Below the pieces are notes generated by a model, which saw only the letters and a list, made by a program, of their open reading frames with translations, did no database searches and was not told where the DNA came from. Below are positions 46,744 to 60,213 of a DNA stretch of 64,000 nt, one piece after another. Positions within the stretch are counted from its first letter, which is position 1. Every line of letters begins with the position of its first letter. The stretch is from positions 108,934,001-108,998,000 of the forward strand of contig NC_043002.1 in NCBI RefSeq assembly GCF_006345805.1, written 5' to 3'. The position numbers and the translations under genes were made by a program. Source of the DNA: Octopus sinensis. Taxonomy: Eukaryota.

Positions 46744-47850
46744 CCGACGACGGAGTGTTCCTCCACACCAGGGCTGATGGTGGATTGTTCAATCTTGCGC
46801 GCCTCAGAGCTAAGACCAAAGTCCGTCAGGTGCTGATCAGAGAGATCCTCTTTGCTGACGATGCCGCCCTAACATCACACAACCAACCGGGTCTCCAGAG
46901 GCTGGTCAGCTCCCTGGCGGATGCCTGCCAAGAGTTCGGCCTTACCATCAGCCTGAAAAAGACAGAGATCATGGGCCAGGACGTCGGAGGTGTCCCCAGC
47001 ATCAGTGTCGGCGACCACAGCTTGCAGGTGGTGAACGAGTTCACTTACCTGGGATCGACGGTCTCCAGCAGCCTGTCCCTCGAGCCGGAGCTGAACAGAC
47101 GGATTGGGAAGGCTGCTGCTGCCATGGCTAAGCTCTCCAGGAGAGTGTGGGAAAACAACATGCTCACATTAACCACCAAGATCGCAGTGTACCGAGCCTG
47201 CGTGCTGAGCACCCTACTCTACGGCAGCGAGAGCTGGACAACATACACCCGGCAGGAATGCCGCCTCAGCGGCTTCCACATGCGATGTCTTCGACGGATC
47301 CTTGGCATCTCCTGGAAGGACCGAGTACCAAACGGAGTCATCCTGGAACAGACTAATATGCCAAGCATGTATGCCCTCCTCGTGCGGAGACGACTGCGCT
47401 GGCTCGGACACGTCTGCCGCATGCAGGACGGTCGCATGCCTAAAGACATCCTGTACAGCGAACTCACCACGGGATCCCGACCCAAGGGACGTCCACAGCT
47501 ACGATACAGGGACGTGTGCAAGCACGACCTGAGAACTGCCAACATCTGTGTGGACACGTGGGAGGAAACAGCTGCTGACCGCTCTGCCTGGCGTTGGACG
47601 GTGAGGAAAGGCGTTTCCATGGCTGAGGAGAGGAGAGCACAGCTGTGGTTGGACAGGCGGGACAGGAGGAGGACAACTGCAGCAACACCCCAAACGTACC
47701 CATCGATGTTCGTGTGCAGCAACTGTACCAAGGACTGCCACTCTAGAATTGGACTGTTCAGTCACAGCAGACGCTGCACATCATCAAAGTAGGCCCCACC
47801 CTTGGCGCAACCCATTGTCTATCAAGACAGACGGGGATAAAGAAAGAAGA
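46744..47850 (+). mobile_element. 5'-truncated RTE-clade LINE, GC-rich, with an uninterrupted RT C-terminal ORF to the stop at 47792
   Basis: LFADDAAL, GLTISLKKT, FTYLGS, LLYGSESW, RRLRWLGHV, C-terminal CxxC..H...C. RTE-type 3' UTR (CCATTGTCT..AGACAGACGG) and AAG-rich tail. Two sampled 60-mers are 62-63% GC. Confidence 0.93.
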
Positions 47851-47890
47851 TATATACATACATACATTCATGTATATATATGTATATATG

Positions 47891-47973
<83 letters not shown>

Positions 47974-48039
47974 CACCTGCTTCTCTTCCTGTCCTTGATT
48001 ACTTTATCTATTATGCTGCTTTCAGTTTGAATTATTGGT

Positions 48040-49480
48040 CCCTGCATAGGATCTGCATTAGGTATCCCCTCTTTATCTCATATGTTCTCCAAATTAAGCA
48101 GCCTCTCATAAAAGCACTTCTGTGTGAGTATATCATCTTCCATATTGTTAATGAGTATGCCATCATTATTCTGAATACACTTCTTGTCAATGGCATCACA
48201 TTTCTCTCTCACATACTGTCTTACAATTCCAAACACATCATGCCTCTGATCCCTTATGTTGCAAGACAGCTACACATATCTTTCCCTGTGCTTCACCCTT
48301 AGCCAAGTATACTTGTAACCTTACCACCTTTTTATTCATTCGATAATACTCCCTATTGCTACATTCTTCCTAAGTTTTCCAAGTCTGTCTCAGCTTTTAC
48401 TTCGCTATCAGCCATATCATTCCACCATGACATTACTTTTGGTTTGGCAGAGACTTTCCTCCAGCCACAGGTCTGTTCTGTAGCCCTAAGCAGGTTATCT
48501 TGTAGAAATTCCCAGTTGTTATGTATTGCTACTGGGGCCTAAATTTTCCTCCCTATAGTTATGTTCCCAATTGCAGGATCTTTTAGTTTCCACATCTTCC
48601 TTCCTCGTGTTGTCATTTGTTTCTGTATCTTTCTAGTTCTGACTTTGAACTTAAAAGCTGCTAATTTATGTTGTCTGGTGCATTCTTTATGAGTAAAGGT
48701 TTTGGCATTTACAATAGCTCTTGTGTTTCTCTTCCTGGTGAGAATGTAATCTGTCTAACCTGTGTGTCCGCTAGATTGGTAGGTGATGAAATGGTTGGCC
48801 AGCATCACTGAACTGCAGGAGCCTTACACCCTCCTTGTTTCTTGCACCATGTCCATAACCTCTATGTATGTCATGGAAGTCATTAACATATCGACCAACA
48901 TCACTGTTGATATTGCCAACCACAATGATGAAGTTGTTGCCATTGAGGTAGTCTGCAGAAGGATGTCAATCATGCTTGTGAAGCATATGCAGAGATAACC
49001 ATCACTGTTAAGCTGCCTAAATCTGGCTTTATCTTAATTATGCTATTGTACACCCAGACTACTTAAGTTAATTTTTCTCTACGTTTCTCAGCTAGCAGCA
49101 GGTCTACTTCATCCTTGCTCTCACTGTTCCCCAGAAGAATTTATATCACTGTCTCCTGCTCATGAGAAATTTGGTTGAGGATCTTTTCCATCTTACCTCT
49201 TGCACACCACATTCATTCACTCATCTCAACTCTGTCATTTCCATAACCTTCCCAGACCTACCTTTCATTGTGTCTACATTTATGGTCGCAGGAGGAGTGG
49301 GGTATATCTTTGATGGGAAGGCTATTTGGTGGTTGGTCCTTTACTGTATAAGGATGTTTGTACCTTCTGTCATCCATGAGAAAATCCAACTCATTAGATT
49401 CAAGAATATTCCTTGGAAATACAGATGAGTGGTAGAAGTTCTTAGATGGGTGATGGGGCTATCAAAGAGGCCAATGATGT
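48040..49480 (-). mobile_element. Degenerate RTE LINE 5' part (APE endonuclease and linker)
   Basis: Minus frames give TINVDTMKGRSG, VQEVRWK, VISAYA, G.G.RN.EG, QxDYILTRK and ECT.QH remnants with many stops. Confidence 0.7.
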
Positions 49481-49676
49481 AGACTTCACAGTATGTAGAT
49501 ATATATAAATACACACACACACATATATGTATATGCACACATTTTTCAAAAGTTTAACAATACATGCACATGTATATATGTGTGTTTATACATATACTCT
49601 TATATAAATATATGTGTAGACACACACACATACTCTCACACATGTTTATATACATACACAAAGTAGATATACACGT

Positions 49677-49972
49677 GGAGGTGCAATGGCTCAGTGTTTA
49701 GGGCAGCAGACTTGTGGTCATAGGATCGAAGTTTCAATTCCCAGACTGGGCGTTGTGAGTGTTTATTGAGCAAAAACATCTTAAGCCCCACAAGGTTCCG
49801 GCAGGGGCTGGTGGCGAACCCTACTGTACACTTTCACCACAACTTTCTCTCACCCTTTTTTTCCTGTTTCTGTTGTACCTGTATTTCAAAGGGCCAGCCT
49901 TGTCACACTCTGTGTCTCGTGCTGGATCTCCGCGAGAACTGGAACCCTCGTTGTCATAACCAACAGAGTGCC
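49677..49972 (+). mobile_element. SINE family C with an internal deletion
   Basis: Collinear with 20801-21186 except for a deletion joined at an AACT microhomology. Confidence 0.82.
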
Positions 49973-51764
49973 ATGTAGATACACACACACACACATATAT
50001 GTTTCTACATTTTTTGCTATTTTCCTACTCTATTGTTACTTAACTTTTTTTCTCATTCTAACCCATTTTCAGTCTCTTCAGGAATTCACTAACATATATA
50101 TATATAACCCATGCCAACATGGAAGGCAAGCATTAAATGATGATGGTGATGCGTGTGTGTGCATGCGTGTGCACACACCCTTCTGCATACCAATATGCTG
50201 ACAAATAGGAATATTGACCCCTACCCATACCCTCTATTCCTGCTAATGAAAGGCTTTCAGCTTGAGTTGTTCCTTTTTGGTCTCTGCTGATACTGATTGA
50301 TCCCTAATCCAGCTGGATCCCAAATATTTTCTCATCTATTTCCCCTCATCTTAACAGCTATTTATTGATTTTCTTTTTCTCGTTTCCTCATCCTAACCTT
50401 TTTATTATTCATTTATTCCACTGTTTTTTAAAATTTTAGTTTTGTCTTCTCTACTCGCAAATGACCCAACAAGTCAGCCTCTACCTGCTAGAAATAGCAA
50501 CCAACATCTTATATAAAAACCAGAAGCTGTTAGATAGTGAAGCTTTGCTTACCGATGTTGGTTGAAATATCAATATCGACAGGCCTCAGATCATAGTTCA
50601 GCTAGATTGTGGCTAACCTTGGGCTAAATAAAAACAACAAAACCATCCCTTTTTACTCTTACCTTTCCCTTAATTATTTCAGGTCTTTTCCACCAAACTT
50701 TTGTTCCTTCTTATTCGAGCTCCCTCTGGCTTCCCCCACCCCATCACTTCTTGGCTTTTCCTATTTTTCTTTCTCTCCCACACTTTATAAATGAACTCAT
50801 CCCCTTGAAAACCTGCCCTCCCCCATCTCTTCTATGCTTCCTTTTCCCTTTCCCATGAACCCACATCTCCCTTTTCCCCTTCCCATCTCTCTCCTGCTCT
50901 GTTAAAATCATTATTGTTATTTAAGCCGCCCCAATTCAACCCTGATCGACCAGATCTATGATCAAAGTATTTCCAACCATGGCCTTTCTGTCTTTTTCCC
51001 TCCGTGTGCAGAAAGTCAAGCACCATATTGTTAAACATGTCCTTTATTAATGTAACAAGGTGTGATTTGAAGGGGTTTTGGTGACTACTTTTAGCACATC
51101 AAATGATTTGGCTTTATTTTAGTTTACATGCATATGTGTGTGTGTACATATATGCATGTGTGTGCATATATGCGTGTGTGTGAGTGTATGTGCATATATG
51201 CATGTGTATGTGTGCATATATGCATGTGTATGTGTGTGAGTGTGTGCATATAGGCATGTGTATGTGCATATGTGTATGTGTGTGCATATATGCATGTGTG
51301 AGTGTGTGTGAGTATGTGTGCATATATGCATGTGTGTGTGTGTGCGTGCATTTGCTGCTGAACTGGCATTTGTAAATTTAGTTGTTGTGTAGTTCTGACA
51401 CATAGTTATTCAGTTGAACTTTCAGTTGCAATCCTTTGTCCAGAAATGTCAAACATTTGCCCCGTTGAGCATCAAACTACATACTTGGTGATGTAGAAGT
51501 TCATCAGAGGTGACGGAGCATCTCTCTGGTAGACTTGGTGTGTTGCATTTTCTTCACTGATTAATCCTTTTGTTACTGACCTATCCAAGACTGACCCTGG
51601 TTCTGTGATACAAATTCTCTCTTTTAAAGTGATCAAAGTTGAAAACTTCCATTGAAATTTAATATTATGTTCCAAAAGCCAGTTAAATAATTATTTTACT
51701 AAATACTTCATTATTTTAAAAGATTATTTGAAGCAATGGATGTGTATTTCAACAAATATGTTAT

Positions 51765-52445
51765 GTTGCGAATGGATGAGGACAGTTGTGTGAAAAAGTG
51801 TCACACCCTAGCAGTTGAGGGAACCTGTGGAAGAGGTAGACCCAGGAAGACCTGGGATGAGCACGACCTTCGAACATTGGGCCTCACTGAGGCAATGACT
51901 AGTGACCGAGACCTTTGGAGATATGCTGTGCTTGAGAAGACCCGACAAGCCAAGTGAGCCCATAACCCGTGGTCTATGCCAGTGGGTGTAACCAGCCCAC
52001 TTATGAATACCCTTCATTCATTGGACAATAAACCTTGCTTGTGAAGACCTGTTGAGGCAAGTGAAATCAAAATCAAAATTGCTGACATGGCCGATGACAG
52101 TACCGCCTGATTGGCACTTGTGCCAGTGGAACGTTAAAGGCACCATCTGAGTGTGATCGTTGCTAGGGCCGCTGACTGGCTCCCGTGCAAGTGGCACGTA
52201 AAAAAAACACCTTTTGAGCGTGGTCACTGCCAGTACCACCTGGCTGGCCCTCATGCTGGTGGCATGTTAAAACACCCACTACACTCTCAGAGTGGTTGGC
52301 GATAGGAAGGGCATCCAGCTGTAGAGACTTTGCCAGATCAGATTGGAGCCTGATGCAGCCTTCTGGATCGCCAGTCCTCAGTCAAACCATCCAACCTATG
52401 CCAACATGGAAAGCGGATGTTAAACAACAACAATGATGATGATGT
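51765..52445 (+). mobile_element. RTE 3' fragment
   Basis: ORF 51736-51957 contains LRMDEDSCVKKCHTLAVEGTCGRGRPRKTW, followed by the 3' UTR and a CAA/GAT tail. Confidence 0.88.
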
Positions 52446-53007
52446 TAATGAAATGGTTAAACAGATCTTTTAATCAAACGTATCCCAGCCATGACTATCC
52501 CGTCTTTTTTTTTTTCATGCAAGGATTGGTTTCCATTTTGTGGAGTGGTTGGTGTTAGGAAGAGCATCCAGCTGGAAGATCCTTGCCAAAACAGATACAG
52601 TAGCCTAGGGTGGTATTTGTTCTACTTGACCAGCTCCTGTCCTCTGTCCTACCCATGCATGCATGAAAGATGGATGTTTAACGATGATGATGTATACCCC
52701 CAGACTACATTATCCATTCTGTCTTTCCCTTTTTAAGATAGTAGTGAGTGATTTGCTGGTGGTTTAGCTGCTGTTTCTAGTAGGTCAAACAACTCTGGAG
52801 TTTTCCTGTGCTCCTCCTGTTAAGTTCTGCTGTTACAAGTGATAGAAGTAGGCCAAGGAGAATTGATCAAAGCATGACAAATACTCTTCTTCTCCTAAGC
52901 CATTATTGTGAATGTGTATTGGAGCAGTCTTTAGGACTGGTGGGATTATTCATCCTGCTGTTGTTTTAGTGAATCTCTGTGTGTTTTAATACTTGTCTGG
53001 ACTGTTA

Positions 53008-53218
53008 GGTGGTGGTGAGCTGGCAGAAATGTTAGCATGCTGGGGGAAACGCTTAGCAGTATTTTGTCTGTCTTTATGTACTGAGTTCAAATCCTGCCGA
53101 GGTCAACTTTGCCTTTCATCCTTTCAGTATGAAAGTACCAGTTGCATATTGGGGTCAATGTGATCGACTGTCCCCACTCCCCCAAAATTTCAGGCCTTGT
53201 ACCTAGAGTAGAAAAGAA
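53008..53218 (+). mobile_element. SINE family B-type
   Basis: Same head and core blocks. Confidence 0.8.
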
Positions 53219-53587
53219 TATTTATCTGGACTGAACGAGATGAGTAGTGAGGGTGTGGTTGCAGTCATAGTATTATCAAATATGTAGCCCTGGGAATTGT
53301 AATGAGAGGAAGGGAGAGGCTTAAGGTGCCACAACAACAAACTGCCTTTTCTGGTCTCACTTGTTTATTTTATAGTTTGATTATTTTCCTTTCAAAACTG
53401 GATTTTGTTTTTCTTTGTGCAGCCAATAATAAATGGTAGCTATACCAGTTTTGTGTTGCTTGTAGTTTGCTGTAACGAGATTGCTGGTCCAGACAGGATT
53501 GTCCTCATGCACAATGGATCTAATACTATTGCCTGTACATTCTTTGTTGTTGTTGGCTGAATGCAATAACCGAGGGGAATCTCTCTT

Positions 53588-54056
53588 TTTACTCTCTTTT
53601 ACTTGTTTCAGTCATTTGACTGCGGCCATGCTGGAGCACCGCCTTTAATCGAGCAACTCGACCCCGGGACTTATTCTTTTGTAAGCCCAGTACTTATTCT
53701 ATCGGTCTCTTTTGCCGAACTGCTAAGTAACGGGGACATAAACACACCAGCATCGGTTGTCAAGCGATGCTAGAGGGACAAACACAAACATATACACACA
53801 CATACATATATATATATATAGATATATACGACAGGCTTCTTTCAGTTTCCGTCTACCAAATCCACTCACAAGGCTTTGGTCGGCCCGAGGCTATAGTAGA
53901 AGACACTTGCCCAAGGTGCCACACAGTGGGACTGAACCCAGAACCATGTGATTGGTAAACAAGCTACCAACCACACAGCCACTCTTGTGGGACTGAACCC
54001 GGAACCATGTGGTTGGTAAACAAGCTACTTACCACACAGCCACTCCTGCGCCTATG
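53588..54056 (-). mobile_element. SINE family A with a tandemly duplicated tRNA head
   Basis: Head segment of about 61 bp repeated at about 53927-53986 and 53988-54047. Confidence 0.88.
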
Positions 54057-54202
54057 TATATATCTATGTATATTTGTACCTTGTTTTCACTTTCTCTAAC
54101 CTTTCTGTTATTCTGTTGAGATTCCAGATGCTGTTATTGCACTTTGTAATGGTAAGAGAACTCAGGATATAATTCACCAATGATTTCTTTATCCAGTGAG
54201 TG

Positions 54203-54600
54203 CTCAAGCATGGCTGTGTGGTTAAGAAATTCACTTCCCAACCATGTGGTCTTGGGTTCAATCCCATTGCATGGCACCTTGGGCAAGAATCTTCTACTAT
54301 TACCCTGGGTTGAGTAAAATCTTTGTGACTGGATTTCATTGACAGAAACTGAGAGGAGCCTGTCATGTGCATATATTTGTGTGTGTCGTTGTTTTGACAT
54401 CATGTGCTGCCTGTAAATAAGCATCCCCATCATACAAGCGGTGTTGTTCGTTTCCAGTCTTCTGTGATAAACATGTCTGGCCTGGGGGAAATGTTTACCT
54501 TTTTTGGAAACAAGTCAGAGTTGAAGACAATAAGGACATTTAACTGCCTCAACAAATTCCATCTGACCCATGGAAGTGTGGAAGTTAATTGATGATGCAA
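54203..54600 (+). mobile_element. SINE with a family A-like head and an RTE-like 3' end
   Basis: GCATGGCTGTGTGG...CCTTGGGCAAG head, a different body, ending GACCCATGGAAGTGTGGAAGTTAATTGATGATG. Confidence 0.65.
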
Positions 54601-55606
54601 CAATATAATCATGGCTTTTATTGATCATTTATTTCCTATTGATTCATTATTCATTAATTTACTTTATTTGCTCCACTCTTAACCTTTCATATTGTGTAAT
54701 ATTTTGCTCTGTGTATCTGAGAGAGAAAGAGTGTGTGTGTCTGTGTGTGTGTTTGTTGAGGTGTGTGTAGTAATTTTAGAACTGGGTAGGGAAAGTGGAG
54801 CTAAATGTTTTGCTGAAGAGACTGATAACATGGTACCTGCCTTCTTTTTATTATTGCATATTGTGATTTAGAAATGGAAAAGTGTGGGCTGGATATTCCT
54901 TTAGGATTTCTAAGGAATACATTAAAAGGAGATGCTGCTACTGTTGGATTTTTATTGGTTTTCAATTTTTAGAAGCTTTAAAATTTCTTTTTTTTTTTGT
55001 TTTAAATATTAGGGATTTTGCTCTGTAAATACGAGTTGGTAGATAAAGATAACATTGAATATACTAATTCCTTTAATCCTTTGATGTATGTTTGTAACTT
55101 TGTTCTTGAGATATTTGAGATTCCTTAAGATGTTAACCAGAAATGAGAGTATAGCGTTTCACTATCATCTCCAGAGTAGGAACAACACTGATTCTGCTTC
55201 TATTTTTGGTAAACAGATTGCAGAAGTAGGATTTCTCTGCCCACAGAGTGCTCTTAGAATATTCGTTCTCTTTGATGTTGCAACAATGCAATAATGGCTT
55301 TTATTGATCAGCGTTTATTTTCTATTGATTTACTTTTTATCAATTTATGACTAAATCTGCTTAATCTTTGATCTGTTTACCTCTTCCATTCCTGTTGCTG
55401 TGGTGTGTTTTTTCTTTCTTTCCTCTTAACCCTTTTCATGTCAACCTGCCTGAGACTTCCCATGGTTCTATGATACAAACTTCCTGTTTTAATGGGACTT
55501 AAATTAAAACCTTCTATCAAGATTTCATGTTTTCCAAATACCAGCTTAATAACGAGTTATTTTACTAATCTCTTTGTTAGTTTCAAAATTAAGTAAAACA
55601 AAGATA

Positions 55607-56024
55607 CTCTCTCTTTTTACTCTTTTACTCTTTTACTTGTTTCAGTCATTTGACTGCGGCCATGCTGGAGCACCGCCTTTTAGTCAAGCAAATCGACCCC
55701 GGGACTTATTCTTTGTAAACCCAGTACTTATTCTATCGGTCTCTTTTGCCGAACCGCTAAGTGACGGGGACGTAAACACACCAGCATCGGTTGTCAAGCA
55801 ATGCTAGGGGTACAAACACAGACACACAAACACACATACATATATATATACATATATACGACAGGCTTCCTTCAGTTTCCGTCTACCAAATCCACTCACA
55901 AGGCATTGGTCGGCCCGGAGCTATAGCAGAAGACACTTGCCCAAGATGCCACGCAGTGGGACTGAACCCGCAACCATGTGGTTGGTTAGCAAGCTACTTA
56001 CCACACAGCCACTCCTGCGCCTAT
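55607..56024 (-). mobile_element. SINE family A, full length
   Basis: Head to tail homology. It interrupts a piggyBac-like MITE beginning TTAACCCTTT at about 55427. Confidence 0.88.
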
Positions 56025-56129
56025 ATATGGTGTATTTCAACAGAAATACGGTAAAAAAAAAATAGGGTTAAATATTCTGCCTAGACATGAAGAATATATA
56101 TTTGCATTGAAATATACTATGTTGCTGTG

Positions 56130-56465
56130 AAGGCACATGGCTCAGTGGTTAGTGTCGAGATTACGATTATGAGGTTGTGAGTTCAAATCCCAGACCGGGC
56201 TGCGTGTTTGTTCTTGAGCAAGACACTTTATTTCACGTTGCTCCACTTCACTCAGCTGTAGAAATGAGTTGCAATGTCACGGGTGCCAAGCTGTATCGGC
56301 CCCTTTGCCTTTCCCTTGGATAACACTGGTGGCATGGAGACAGGAGGCCAGTATGCATGGGCGACTGCTGGTCTTCCATAAACAACTTTGCCTGGACTTG
56401 TGCCTGGGAGGGTAACTTTCTAGGTGCAATCCCACAGTCAGTCATGACCGAAGGGGGTCTCAGCA
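56130..56465 (+). mobile_element. tRNA-derived CORE-type SINE, family E
   Basis: TGGCTCAGTGG...GAGTTCAAATCCC head and a CTTGAGCAAGACACTT CORE-like block. Confidence 0.7.
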
Positions 56466-56584
56466 GCAACATTTATACTATGTAACTCAATAATTATGAA
56501 ACTAATTAAGAACTTGATGAGATTTTGGTTAACCCAGTCAACACCTGATCAAAGGTATTCTAACCATAATCACTTGTTTTGTTT

Positions 56585-56930
56585 TTCATCATCATCATTA
56601 TCGTTTAATGTCTGCTTTCCATGCTGGCATGGGTTGGATGGTTTGACTGAGGACTGGTGAGCCAGAAGGTTGCACCAGGCTCAATTTGATCTGGCAAAGT
56701 TTCTACAGATGGATACCCTTCCTAATGCCAACCACTTCGAGAGTATAGTGGGTGCTTTTTATGTGCCACCGGCACGAGGGCCAGTCAGGTGGTTCTGGCA
56801 ACGACCACTCTCAAAAGGTGTGTTTATGTGCTACCTGCACGGGAGCCAGTTCGGCAGCACTGGCAATGACCACGCTTGAATGTTGTTTATCACGTGCCAC
56901 CGTCACATGTGCCGGTAAGGCAATGCCTGG
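56585..56930 (-). mobile_element. RTE 3' UTR fragment
   Basis: (CAT)n, the shared tail and 66-bp-type units. Confidence 0.8.
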
Positions 56931-58221
56931 TGAGATTTTCCCAGGAATTGTGTATATCGGCCTACAGCATTTTACTTCTCTTTTTCTTTTCATCTTTATC
57001 TCTTCCAAGCTTAACACTCCAAAGATATTTGGTCATTACAGTTTTAAAGAATTCCTCTGGAGTATATTTCCCAGTTATTAAATCTCCCTTGAAATAAAGA
57101 CATGGTGCAGGTCATGTTTTTGATTTAGAAGAATACTTTAGGACATTAGTATTGGATAAATTTCAGTAATGAAATGAAGAAGTTGGTGGTGGCAGCGGTT
57201 TAGTTTTTGGTCACACTTGACAGTCCCAGTTTTCTCTCAAGATTACACTATTCAATGTGTTTCCTTTTCTTAGATATTAGGTTGTGATTTCATGGAAATT
57301 TCGCTTCTATATCTATTAGGTGAAAAAACTCAGTAGAGACTTCTTTGTTGGTTATCAGGCATTTGGTTGTTGTTTTTTACCTGGGTCAACCCTACTAGAA
57401 CAGACAGATCTATGGATAAAAAGCATTCCATCTGCAACCATAGCATTTAAAAATTTTTATATATTTCTTTTTCTTTATCTAAGACTACATTAGGCTACAT
57501 GTCATTCTTTTTTAAAATGTACTAAGGTGTGGTGCATGGGAATTCAGCTACTATTTCTCTCTGGTCGAATAAAGAGCTCTGGGAAAACTCATTGTTGAAC
57601 CTGAAATATACCCAGGGTACATAGCAGGTTTTACCTCTACTTCATGTTGAAGCACTATGTATAAGGATGTAGGTGGGGGGTTGGAGTTATACCTCAGTTT
57701 GTAAACATTGCAGAAACACTCAGCCATTCCCAAACAAAGGAAAGATTTTGTTTTCCGTTGACAAACTAATTAATGAAGTAAATTTGTTTTAACTTTTTTG
57801 AAATTTATTTATTGAAACCATATAAAAACATAATTTTTTTTTTCTTGAAAACAATAGTGATATGTGAACTGTGAACCAACCAATTTATATTCTGTTCAAT
57901 TGAGCTAATAATACCGTATGGAGGACAGCGTCTCTCTCTCTTTTTTGTTCTTCTGAGTAAAAAACATTCCAATATTTGTGTTACATTGTCTGTAACACAA
58001 TAATGTAAAAGCAAGAATCTAATGGCTGATGTAAAACTTGTTGGCTGGTTATCAGATAACAAACTGAACTTCACTGTAGAAGGTTCATTTCAGAGAATAA
58101 AATCAATTTCTTTGTAACACTGCACACATGGCAACAAACTGGTCATAGCAGTTAGTTTGTTCACTCCCTTCACACACACACACATTTGTGTGTGTGTTAT
58201 ATGTGCAAATATACATATATA

Positions 58222-58258
<37 letters not shown>

Positions 58259-58261
<3 letters not shown>

Positions 58262-58623
58262 GGCGCAGGAGTGGCTGTGTGGTAAGTAACTTGCTTACCA
58301 ACCACATGGTTCTGGGTTCAGTCCCACTGCATGGCACCTTGGGCAGGTGTCTTCTACTATAGCCTCGGGCTGACCAAAGCCTTGTGAATGGATTTGGTAG
58401 AAGGAAACTGAAAGAAGCCCGTCATATATATGTATATATATGTGTATGTATATGTTTGTGTGTCTGTGTTTGTCCCCCCAACATCGCTTGACAACCGATG
58501 CTGGTGTGTTTACGTCCCTGTAACTTAGCGGTTCGGCAAAAAAGACCGATAGAATAAGTACTAGGCTTACAAAGAATAAGTTCTGGGGTCGATTTGCTCA
58601 ACTAAAAGTAAAAGAGTAAAGAG
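58259..58623 (+). mobile_element. SINE family A, near full length
   Basis: Head to tail homology. Confidence 0.88.
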
Positions 58624-58928
58624 TATATCATGCATATATGTGTATATATGTATGTGTGTGTATATGTATATGTGTGTGTGTGTGTGTATGTATACGTGTG
58701 AATATGTATATATGTGTGTTTATATATATATGTTTATGTGTGTGTGTATATGTTTATATGTGTGTGTGTATATATATATATGTGTGTGTGTGTATATATA
58801 TATATATGTGTGTGTGTGTATATATATATATATGTGTGTGTGTGTATATATATGTGTGTGTGTATATATATATGTGTGTGTGTATATATATATGTGTGTG
58901 TGTGTATATATATATATATATGTGTGTG

Positions 58929-58959
<31 letters not shown>

Positions 58960-59205
58960 ATATATATGTTTGTGTGTGTGTGTGTATATATATGTTTGTG
59001 TGTGTGTGTGTATATATATATGTGTGTGTGTGTGTATATATATATGTGTGTGTGTATATGTATGTGTGTATATATATATGTGTGTGTGTATATGTATGTG
59101 TGTATATATATATGTATGTGTGTATATATATATGTGTGTATATATATATGTATGTGTGTATATATATATGTGTATGTATGTGTGTGTATGTATATATATA
59201 TATAA
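58624..59205. repeat. (TA)n(TG)n compound microsatellite
   Basis: Directly visible. Confidence 0.96.
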
Positions 59206-59443
59206 TGTAAAATGGGTGAATATGAACAAATGATTCCCAATGCATACAGTCCAACTTTCACATGCTGGGTGTTGTTCATTATTATTTTGTTATAATATAA
59301 TTTATTATATACATACATAGAGTATATTTCTCAAGTGAAAACTATACAATGCATGGGTGTAAGTATTTGGTAAGTTGTTTTAGTACCAATAAATGAAAGG
59401 TTTTTAGTCTGTTAACAGACACACACACACACACATATATATA

Positions 59444-59653
59444 CTCTTTACTCTCTTTTATTTGTTTCAGTCATTTGACTGTGGCCATGCTGGAGCACCG
59501 CCTTTAGTCGAGCAAATCGACCCCGGGACTTATTCTTTGTAAGCCCAGTACTTATTCTATCGGTCTCTTTTGCCAAACCGCTAAGTGACGGGGACGTAAA
59601 CACACCAGCATTGGTTGTCAAGCAATGCTAGGGGGACAAACATAGACACACAA

Positions 59654-59702
<49 letters not shown>

Positions 59703-59870
59703 TACGAGAGGCTTCTTTCAGTTTCCGTCTACCAAATCCACTCACAAGGCATTGGTCAGCCCGGGGCTATAGCAGAAGACACTTGCCCAAGATGCCACGC
59801 AGTGGGACTGAACCCGCAACCATGTGGTTGGTTAGCAAGCTACTTACCACACAGCCACACCTGCGCCTAT
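59444..59870 (-). mobile_element. SINE family A, full length
   Basis: Head to tail homology. Confidence 0.9.
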
Positions 59871-60000
59871 ATATAAATATACATATTCAGCAAAAACAAT
59901 TAAGATTCAAGTGAATTCCAATGAATTCAAATGAATATGGTACTTAACTTAGATGCACCAGAATTGTTTATGGTATTAACCATAAAAAATGTGGGGTGAT

Positions 60001-60165
60001 TATAACCAAGAAAAAAAGCAACAAGAATGGATTAGTAGTTTAGTACAATTGTTTCATACTAAGAGCAATACTTGCAATACTGGCAGCTTTAAATAAAATT
60101 GTTCTGGGTATGAAACAATTGTACTAAACTACTAATCCATTCTTGTTGCTTTTTTCTTGGTTATA
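60001..60165. repeat. Near-perfect hairpin (59/58-bp arms, 48-nt loop), possible mini-MITE
   Basis: 60001-60059 is the reverse complement of 60108-60165 apart from one indel in the A-run. Confidence 0.9.
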
Positions 60166-60213
60166 TACATATCTATATATGTATATATATATACATACAT
60201 ACATACATACATA

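Noticed and set aside
58638-59318. Cys/Val/Tyr- and His/Thr/Ile-rich ORFs (also at 36589-37304, 43752-44111, 46121-46836, 51114-51403)
   Set aside because: Translations of TA/TG/CA microsatellites.
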